Positions 29,152 to 37,219 of a DNA stretch of 64,000 nucleotides are shown one piece after another. The DNA is from Candidatus Multivoradales bacterium. Lineage in GTDB: Bacteria; Acidobacteriota; Thermoanaerobaculia; Multivoradales; J023. Within the stretch, counting starts at the first letter, position 1, and the number at the start of each line of letters is the position of its first letter. Under the pieces are notes generated by a model that worked only from the letters and a program-made list of their open reading frames with translations, ran no database searches and was not told where the DNA came from. Made by a program: the position numbers and the translations under genes. Where the stretch lies: the NCBI GenBank assembly GCA_965248925.1, contig CBDFLE010000006.1, forward strand, positions 864,001-928,000. Reading direction: 5' to 3'.

Positions 29152-29662
29152 GCTGCTACTTCACGAGGGTCTCTGCTGCCAAGAGAAATAGCAAACCATC
29201 GGACTCAATCTCTCATTCAGGAGGAGAGGTGTGTGCCGATAGCACCCGAAGGCAATGACGAGCGGTTGGCAACCTCGGTCGACGGACACTTCTAGGCCAA
29301 AGACCACGATTCCTCGTCAATGGGCACCCGATAAGAGCGCCAATCGACGAGAGAGAGAGAACATCGCGGAGCTGAGAATCAGCGGTTGTAGTGAATTTTG
29401 CCGAGGTGGGTGGCACGCTGTTGGGCACGCTGTTGGCACAGCGGTTAGTAGCTTCGCTGGTCTCTTTTGCGACGGTTGTAGCCGACCTCCGTACCACGGG
29501 GCCCGCGAAAGAAATACCTTCCGGTATTCGGCCACTCATGCAACGCCACGAGCGACGGGCCCGAACGGCCTCAGTACTCGGAAGTTATTTCTTCGCGGAC
29601 CTTTAGCCCGGCAGCGGCGACTGTAAATGTCACCGTGCTGCTCGGGGGTTCAGGCCAGGTCC

Positions 29663-30472
29663 TTACTGTATCTGACAGCTACTGCAGCTGCTGGAGACGC
29701 AGTGCTGGTGGCCGCACACTGAATACTCGCAGTGGCAATCGACCGAGGGGACGATACTGCTGTACGCCTTTCCGTCGCCGACCACGCCGGCGTTGGCGAT
29801 GAAGTTCGAGGTGCCCGGCAGGTAAGTGTCAGGCTGACCATCGGCGTTGGTGTCGACCTGCACGAAACCCTTCGCCGTTACCTGGCCTTCGAGCGGAGTA
29901 GCGGTCCAGCGGCCGTTGCCCATCGGCGCGAAGTCGAGCCGGCGGCTGATCTCGAGCGGCTGGTGCCGGCTACCATCGGTGTTGCTGAAGATCATCTTCA
30001 CTATGACTGAGATCGGCGAGAAGAATCTGCCGCCCTCGGCGCTGTCGCGCAGGATCTGCATCTTGGTGATGGGCTGTTCGCCGTCGAGCACCACGGCGAC
30101 ATCGAAGGCGCCGCAGGTGGTCTTGACCGGTTCGATACTCTCGAAGGCCAGCGCCCGCACCTGGACGCGGGTGTGAGCTACGCCCTTTTCGTCGAAGGCA
30201 GCGTCGTCGAGGCGGTGGACGATCGTGTCGGTGTTGCCCAAGGCGTTCGCTGGCTGGGTGGCCAGGGGTGCGCCGCGGAAATGAATGGTGCCATCGAAGG
30301 TCGGCGAACCGCTGCAGAAGAAGTCTGCCGGGATCCGCTCATCGGCAAAGCTGGAGCGGGTGGTACCGTCGCTGGTGCTGGTCCACAGGTCGACACCGCT
30401 GTAGATTGTGTCAGCGGCGACCGGTATGGCGAGCAACAAAGCAACCGCGATCAGAAAGAAAGATTTACGCAT
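29663..30472 (-). CDS. Secreted hypothetical protein with Cys/His-rich C-terminal tail
   Basis: Signal peptide MRKSFFLIAVALLLAIPVAA after a GAGGAG RBS, EF-hand-like DTNADGQPD, and tail DCHCEYSVCGHQHCVSSSCSSC. Confidence 0.8.
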   Translation of the reverse strand: MRKSFFLIAVALLLAIPVAADTIYSGVDLWTSTSDGTTRSSFADERIPADFFCSGSPTFDGTIHFRGAPLATQPANALGNTDTIVHRLDDAAFDEKGVAHTRVQVRALAFESIEPVKTTCGAFDVAVVLDGEQPITKMQILRDSAEGGRFFSPISVIVKMIFSNTDGSRHQPLEISRRLDFAPMGNGRWTATPLEGQVTAKGFVQVDTNADGQPDTYLPGTSNFIANAGVVGDGKAYSSIVPSVDCHCEYSVCGHQHCVSSSCSSCQIQ

Positions 30473-30742
30473 GCTGGGACTCCTCATCAGTTCTGGTTTC
30501 TGTACGCCCGAGACAGAGCAGAATTCCCCCCGCAACGGCTCAGGCGAGGGCCAAGAGCGGTCGGTGGGGCCGCCCACTCGGAAACGGGATGCACTCGATC
30601 AATGAGGACTCAGCTTATGTGGGCAGCCGGCGGCGTGCTTCTTCCATCTTGCGAATTGTTCAGCTGTTGAATCAAGTAATGTCTGAAGCTGAACTCGTCC
30701 GGCAGGGTACGTCCTAGGCGTGCCATCATAGCGCGCTGATTC

Positions 30743-33270
30743 CAGACCTCCTGAACTACCCCCCTCGGGAAATGTCCGGTTGAGCCTCTCCAGAGCTACC
30801 CGGAAGGCCTGGAAAGGCCAGGCACCGGGGTGGTTCTGGCTTGATCGCAAACCGCATCCGTAGCTTGGTGCCAGGGAACCGAGTCGCTGTTGCGCTGAGT
30901 TCTTCGCAGATGGCGGCAAGCGCCGCCGTCCTGTGTGGGGAGCTGAGCGGGTCGATGGAGATGAGCAGCTCGGTGTCGGTGACCTCGATATCACCAGTGG
31001 CCGACAAAGCGCTTTGTATCAGGGTGCGTCCCTCCTGTTCGGTGCGTCGGTAGTGGGGTGCTAGGAGCCGTCGAAGATCACCTTCCGCTTGGTAAGCGAC
31101 CATCTTGAGAATGTCGGTGAGGTGCTTGCGCTCCACCGACAACTTGATGACATCCGCTTCAACGACCTCCTGGACCGGGACCCGTGCGGGGAGGACCGCC
31201 CGTTGTTTTTCGAGTTCGGTGATCCGTCCGCACGCCGAGCGGATCCTGGCGGAGAGCCCTGCATTGGCGATCTTGAATCCACGCATCGTGGGCCGCCGAT
31301 CCTCGCGGTTCTCAGAAGCTGAGATCCCGAAGTGGGCCAGGAGCTGCTCGAGGTGTGCGTTGGCTTTGCGCAGCTCCGCGTTGATCTTGCTGCGCTCGGG
31401 GTTCGGCACCTTGCGGGTGGCGTCCGCCGGCTCCGTGCCGTAGTCCACTAGCGCGTCGAGTGCGAATTCCTCGCGCAGGTATTTGAAGAAGTTCTCCTGC
31501 CTCCAGCGGTCGAACATGCGGTAGGCGACCTCGAGTGTGGAGAGGTCGCGGCGGGAGGTGATGACGGGGGTCTGGTGGCCGTTGTCGCAGAGGCGGGTGA
31601 CTTGGCGCAGGGACAGCCGCTTGTGCTTTCCCTTGCGACCATACTCGAGGTAGATACGCTGATCGGCGAGCAGGTACTTGAGCTTCCGCCCGTGGATAGT
31701 GTCCTCGATGCCCTCGAACTTGCTCAATGGCACTGGGCGAAAGGGGGCCTTGCGGTAAGTGAGGATGTCGAAGTTCTCAGCGACGAGCTTTGCAGACAGC
31801 TTCGGGCTCCAACCGTCGCGGTCGAAAACGACCGTGACTCGTCGGTCTCCGACTAGCTCTCGAACCTCTTTGAGAATGAGAGGGAGCATCGTCGCGAGCC
31901 CCTTGTTGGCCTCGGTAGGGACCACGAAGAGAGGCTCGCTCTCGGCATCGTTAACCCAATAGTCCGTGGTGGCCGGCATCGCGATCCACATCCGTGCTAC
32001 GTTCGTCTTGGGAATCTCTCGCTGCCGTGGTAGGCGCGTACATGTCCATCGACGTAGAGGAAGCCCATGGCATGGCCTCTGGTGGCGACCCGGTGCTGAG
32101 CGAGAGCGCGACCGAAATCGGCGGCCCGGCCCTGCGCCGCCAGCCGAGCGAGCTTGTTGCGCAAGGTTTTCACCTCTGGCGCTCGATCGAGCCCGAGAAC
32201 TTGACCGAGGTGCCGGGGCGAGTGCTCCTTGAGCCCTTCGGCGCGCTTGATCCGCAGCAGTGCCATCAGCAGCAGGGTTACCAGGGTGGTGCGTAGCCCA
32301 TAGAAAGCCGGCCCGATGCTGCCGTACATCTGGCGTGCGATGGACAGCACACCGCTGTCGACCAGGGCGGGAATCGCCAGCAGAGCACCGAGCCCCGGGA
32401 GCTGCGTTGCCGTTCCGAAACTCGGCGCCGCGTCATCGAGGAATCCCAGCCTTGCCAGGAGCCGGTCGCCAGCGCGATCCGCCGGGTCGAGGTTCTGTGA
32501 GTAGGGAGCCCCATCTTGGTCGAGCGACAAAGCGGACAGCCTTGGGTCCGCAGCCGCTGGGTCACTGCCATCCCCCGGATCGAGCGCGGAACTCGCACCT
32601 ATCAGGGTGGCATCGACCTGCTGCTCGTCAGAAGCGGACAGTTTTGGGTCCGCACTCGCAAAAGGCATGGTCATCTGCACTACCGGTCGTTCTTCCCAGC
32701 CCAGGCGCTTGGCGAGCTTGCGAACGGCCTTCTCATCGATGCCCAATCGCCGGCCAATCTCGCGATTCGATACACCCTCGGCCTTCCAGGCGTTAACGGT
32801 GTCCAGGCGGCCTTGCGGTACCCGAGACTGACCTCGGGGAAAACCGCGCGGCCGGCCCAGGGCGGCCAGCCCACCCTCCTCGTAGCGACGCTGGTTCCGA
32901 CGCACAGTCCGCACATCACATCCGAACGCAGGGGCGAAATCACGCTGCTTTGCCCAGCCCTGATCCACGAGGTTCACCATCGCCAAGGCTTCGCCTGCCC
33001 GGTCGCCCGCAGCGAAGTGAGCCAGCGGCATGCTGTTGACGACCACCACTCGATAGCCGCCCCTCTGCTGAAGGCGGCAGCGGTTGTTGATCACCACGAC
33101 CCCATAGGGTAAGCCGACGTGGTCAGGAAACAGGACGGGATTGGCGGCCGTCGGTGCCATACCCGATCATGTCTCGGCACCGAAAAAAGCGGACAGTTTT
33201 GGGTCCGCACTCTCTCTGAGGGACGGTCCTGTGTTTTCAGAGAGTTAGGAGGGGTAGGTCAGGAGGTCTG
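30743..33270 (-). mobile_element. Insertion sequence (~2.5 kb, family unassigned) with 20-bp terminal inverted repeats
   Basis: CAGACCTCCTGAACTACCCC (30743-30762) and GGGGTAGGTCAGGAGGTCTG (33251-33270) match 19/20. Flanks are GATTC and GAATC. Confidence 0.85.
30756..33160 (-). pseudogene. HTH-DDE transposase split by a 1-nt frameshift near 32020-32030
   Basis: ORF 31997-33160 (two HTH regions, YVDGH) and ORF 30756-31991 (VFDRDGW, RWRQENFFK) join as HG-x-REIPKTNVARMWIAMPATTDYW if one base is restored. Confidence 0.8.
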
Positions 33271-33453
33271 GAATCGGGCTGATCTGGCTCTGACATTGGG
33301 CTGCCCCCCATCCAATGGGTGGAAAAGGTTGTGGCGCGGATCGCGGGCCGCCATTATGCTACGATCCGCGCCTCTCGCAACCCGCTTTCCCACTACCTCA
33401 TGCGTCTAGTGATCGTTATCCCGACGCTCAACGAACGGCCCCGTTTAGAGCGC
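33270..33453 (+). repeat. Direct repeat copy 2 (~185 bp)
   Basis: Matches 27771-27956. Begins at the IS end and continues into the intact GT2 gene. Confidence 0.92.
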
Positions 33454-34071
33454 TATCTCAATGCAGCTCTGGCCGAGGCGGACGAAGTGTGGATCTCCGA
33501 TGGCGGCAGTGACGACGGCACCATCGAGCTGGCCCGGCTGCTCGGCGCGCGAGTGGTCAGTGGCAAGGCCGGTCGCGGCCCGCAGCTCAATCGTGGTGCG
33601 CGGGCGAGTTCCGCCGAGGCCCTACTCTTTCTGCACGCCGACACCCGCTTGCCTGAAGGTGGTGGTCGGCGGGTCCGGGCGGCACTCGCCGCAGGAGCGA
33701 TCGGCGGCGGCTTCCAAGTCACCTTCGACGACGACCGGCCCCTGCTCCGCCTCGGTGCCCGGCTGATCAACCTGCGCACCCGCCTCACTCGTTGCCCACT
33801 GGGCGATCAGGCACAGTTTGTGACCCGCACCGCCTTCGACACCCTCGACGGCTTTCGCGACTGGCCGATCCTGGAAGACCTCGACTTCTCGCGCCGACTC
33901 AAACGGCACGGTCGCACCGTGCTGCTCGACCCGCCGGTGATCACCGGCGCCCGGCGCTTCCTGCATCAGGGCATCTTCCGCACCATCGCCACCAACTGGT
34001 TGATCTGGCTGCTTTACTTTCTCGGCGTCTCACCGCGCCGGCTGGCCTGGCTCTACCGCCGGGTCGGCTGA
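33400..34071 (+). CDS. Family 2 glycosyltransferase (TIGR04283-type)
   Basis: IVIPTLNE, DGGSDDGT, GRGPQLNRGA, FLHADT, GDQAQF and ILEDLD. Confidence 0.88.
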   Translation: MRLVIVIPTLNERPRLERYLNAALAEADEVWISDGGSDDGTIELARLLGARVVSGKAGRGPQLNRGARASSAEALLFLHADTRLPEGGGRRVRAALAAGAIGGGFQVTFDDDRPLLRLGARLINLRTRLTRCPLGDQAQFVTRTAFDTLDGFRDWPILEDLDFSRRLKRHGRTVLLDPPVITGARRFLHQGIFRTIATNWLIWLLYFLGVSPRRLAWLYRRVG

Positions 34072-34091
34072 TAGCGCTCACGAGAGACAAC

Positions 34092-34136
34092 AAAAAAGCC
34101 CCGCCCGAGAGAGGAGTTCCCTCACAGGCGGAGCTT
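34092..34136 (-). terminator. Rho-independent terminator of the HU gene (possibly bidirectional)
   Basis: Minus strand AAGCTCCGCC...GGCGGGGCTT followed by a T tract, between convergent genes. Confidence 0.7.
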
Positions 34137-34171
34137 CTCGGAGCAGGCGGCCAAGCCTCGCTCGGTGGCGA

Positions 34172-34450
34172 TCAGCTGTTGACCGCGTCCTTCAGAGCCT
34201 TACCAGGCTTGAAGCGAGCAACGGTTCGGGCCGCGATCTCGAGGGTCTCACCGGTAGCTGGGTTACGACCGGTGCGGGCAGCACGCTCGCTGGTCAAGAA
34301 AGTACCGAATCCGGGAATCTGCACCCTCTCGCCGTTGGCCATATGGTTCGAGATGCCTTCGATGACCGCGTCGACCGCTTCGCCAGCGGCACTCTTGCTG
34401 AGGCCAAGTTTGTCAGCCAGATGGTTCGCCAGATCGTTTTTGCCTGCCAT
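34172..34450 (-). CDS. hup: HU family DNA-binding protein
   Basis: GFGTF, RAARTGRNPATGE and FKPGKALKDAV. Confidence 0.95.
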   Translation of the reverse strand: MAGKNDLANHLADKLGLSKSAAGEAVDAVIEGISNHMANGERVQIPGFGTFLTSERAARTGRNPATGETLEIAARTVARFKPGKALKDAVNS

Positions 34451-34768
34451 TGCTCCTCCTTACGCTTCTCCAGCTTATCCAGTGGAAAACCGCTGTCGCC
34501 AGCCGAGGGGCCGCCTGATTGCGGCGCGAGACGATCCGGCGACAAGTTTTGTTAACTATCTTAACGTGGCTTGGCCAGACGAACTACGGCGCCTAGGCCA
34601 GACCGGGACCGTCGAAAATCGAGCTTTGTCATGGGTGTCTTGGCTTGATTTCGGCCCTGAAGTCGACTTCCTGTCGGAAGAACTCCTCCAGGGGTGGAAA
34701 ATACCGGTATTTCTCTGAGGCTGTCAATGGCAAAACGCCGTATTTGCTGGCCCCAAGCGCCGTTTTGC

Positions 34769-36175
34769 CTAGGATTCGGCCCGTCGCAGCACATGCACGG
34801 TGAAGCCATCATGCTGCTCTTCCGGAAACACCCGCCAGCGGCCAGGGCCGTCGAGCCAGCGGTCGAGCGGATATTCCAGCGTGGCGGCCAGAGGCTCTAG
34901 GGAAAAGTCCTGGTGCCGGGCCAGGAAGCGCTCCACCACTTGCTCGTTTTCCTCTCGCTCCAAGGAACAGGTGATCACCACCAACAGTCCACCGGCTCTG
35001 ACCCGTGGCGCGGCGCCCACTAGCACGCGTCCCGCTTGGCGGGCCAGGCGATCGATCTCCGCCTCGCTCAAGCGCCACTTCAACTCCGGATTTTTGCGCA
35101 GAGTGCCGGTCCCCGAGCAAGGCAGGTCGAGCACCACCCGATCGAAAGTACCGCCAAACGCCCCTTTGCCAGCGTCGCTAACCACCAAGCGGAGTGAGCG
35201 CCGCAAACGGCGCAGGTTGCGACGCAGAATATCGATGCGCTGCACCGAGACATCGCTAGCGACCAGCTCGACCGCAGGCTCGCTGGCGATCAGCGCGAAG
35301 CTCTTACCCCCCGGCGCGGCGGCCAGGTCGAGAATCCGCTCACCGGGTCGGGGAGGAGGAATCAACGCGGCCGCTTGCGAAGCCTCGTCCTGGATGTAGA
35401 ACATCCCGGCGGCGAACTCGTCGATCGTCAAGGGGTTGCCACCGCGCACGATCAAACCCATCTGCGACATCGCCGACGGCTCGACCTGCATGCCGTAGTC
35501 GATCAGGGTCTCGGCCAGCAGCTCGCGGCCACCGCGATCGGCGAAGGTCAGCAGATGCATCGCCTTCGGCTGGTTGTTGGCGATCAGCAGGCGTTCGGTG
35601 CGTTCCCGGCCAAATCGATCGCACCAGCGGCGCACCAGAAAATCAGGATGGCTGTGCTCGATCCCCAAGCGGGGCACCGGATCCTTCTCCTCCACTGGCC
35701 AATCGCTGAGCTGGCGCTGGCGGGCGATACGGCGCAGCACGGCGTTGGCGAAGCTGGCTCCTCCGCGGTGAGTCTGCCGACCAGCCTGCTCAACCGCTTC
35801 GTGCACCGCGGCGTGGGCCGGAATCCGGTCGAGGAACAGCAGCTGATAGGCGCCAATCCTCAGCGGTGCCCACAGCGCCGGCTCGATCTGCTCGAAGGAA
35901 CGGTTGCTGGCCAGCGAAATGACATGATCGAGGCGCCGCTTCCAACGTATGCTGCCAAGGGTCAGCTGGCGCAACAAACCGTGGTCGCAGGGATCGCAAC
36001 GCCCCAAAGCACTGTCGAGAAAGACCGCCGCTGGCGACAGCGTCGCCTCGGTGCGCTCCAACACCCAAGCGGCGTTGGCGCGCACGTTGTCCTGCGGCGT
36101 CCGCCCACTAGGCGCACGGCGGCCGCGAAAGCGCTTGTGGGGTCGTCCGTGAGTGGCGAGGCGGTTTTTCGACAT
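34769..36175 (-). CDS. rsmB: 16S rRNA m5C967 methyltransferase RsmB/Sun
   Basis: NusB-like N-terminal domain, IQDEASQ, DLAAAPGGK, DLPCSGTG, TCSL and DGF. Downstream of fmt. Confidence 0.9.
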   Translation of the reverse strand: MSKNRLATHGRPHKRFRGRRAPSGRTPQDNVRANAAWVLERTEATLSPAAVFLDSALGRCDPCDHGLLRQLTLGSIRWKRRLDHVISLASNRSFEQIEPALWAPLRIGAYQLLFLDRIPAHAAVHEAVEQAGRQTHRGGASFANAVLRRIARQRQLSDWPVEEKDPVPRLGIEHSHPDFLVRRWCDRFGRERTERLLIANNQPKAMHLLTFADRGGRELLAETLIDYGMQVEPSAMSQMGLIVRGGNPLTIDEFAAGMFYIQDEASQAAALIPPPRPGERILDLAAAPGGKSFALIASEPAVELVASDVSVQRIDILRRNLRRLRRSLRLVVSDAGKGAFGGTFDRVVLDLPCSGTGTLRKNPELKWRLSEAEIDRLARQAGRVLVGAAPRVRAGGLLVVITCSLEREENEQVVERFLARHQDFSLEPLAATLEYPLDRWLDGPGRWRVFPEEQHDGFTVHVLRRAES

Positions 36176-36238
36176 GGCGTCCGGGCGGACGGGAGGTGAT
36201 CGAGTCATCGACAGCGAGGTCGAGCGATTGCCCCTACC

Positions 36239-37219
36239 TTATCCCACTCCGCTGGCCGGCTCCGGCGCCGGCTCAAGGTCAAATCGCTGCCCCACCACCA
36301 GTCGTTCACCGCGCCAGAAGTCGGCCGCGGCAACCGCCTGCCGGCCTGGTCGCAGCACCTTCTCGAGGGCGAAGATCGTGCCCTCACCGGCGCTCACCAA
36401 CAGCCGCCCCTCGACCAAGGCCAAACAGGTGCCCGGCGGCTCCACCACCGGCTCCAGCGCCGACTCGGGCCGGCCCCACAGCAACTTCAGTGGCCGCTCG
36501 CCCAGCCGCCCGGTGAGGCCCGGCCAGGGGGTCAGAGCGCGCAATTGACGGTAGATCTCGATCGCCGGCCGCCGCCAATCGACCCGACCGTCGCTCTTTT
36601 GCAATCGCGGCGCGTAGCTAGCAAGGGAATCGTCTTGTGGCTGGGCCTGCAAAGTGCCGGCCTCGAGTTCCACCAGGGTGCGCACCAACAGCTCGCCACC
36701 CAGCCGGGCGAGGCGCTCACTCAGCTCGCCCGCGGTTTCGTCGGCACCGATCTCAAGTTCCGCGCGCAGCAGAGCTGGCCCGGTATCGAGCCCAGCTTCC
36801 ATCCACATAGTGGTGATACCGGTAGTCCGGTCGCCGGCGGCGATCGCCGCTTGGATCGGCGCCGCGCCGCGATAGGCCGGCAGCAGTGAAGCGTGGACGT
36901 TGATCGAGCCCTGCCGCGGCAGCTCCAGCAGGGGCCGGCGAAAGATCTGACCAAACGCCGCCACCACCGACACCGCCGGTCGCAGCGCCGCCAAGCGGGC
37001 TAGAAAGTCCTCGTCGCGAACGCTTTTGGGCTGCGCCAGATCGAAGCCGTGGGCAAGCGCCCAGCGGGCCACCGGGGGCTGCTGCAGGTGGCGCCCTCGC
37101 CCGGCTCGGCGCGCTGGTTGAGCAATCACCAACTGGGGACCGAAACCCGCTTCGGCCATCGCTTCCAAGGTGGGCACAGCAAAATCCGGAGTGCCGAAAA
37201 AAACCGTCCGCAGACCCAT
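36239..37219 (-). CDS. fmt: Methionyl-tRNA formyltransferase
   Basis: FFGTPDFA, NVHASLLPAYRGAAPIQ and GLDTG. Confidence 0.95.
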   Translation of the reverse strand: MGLRTVFFGTPDFAVPTLEAMAEAGFGPQLVIAQPARRAGRGRHLQQPPVARWALAHGFDLAQPKSVRDEDFLARLAALRPAVSVVAAFGQIFRRPLLELPRQGSINVHASLLPAYRGAAPIQAAIAAGDRTTGITTMWMEAGLDTGPALLRAELEIGADETAGELSERLARLGGELLVRTLVELEAGTLQAQPQDDSLASYAPRLQKSDGRVDWRRPAIEIYRQLRALTPWPGLTGRLGERPLKLLWGRPESALEPVVEPPGTCLALVEGRLLVSAGEGTIFALEKVLRPGRQAVAAADFWRGERLVVGQRFDLEPAPEPASGVG

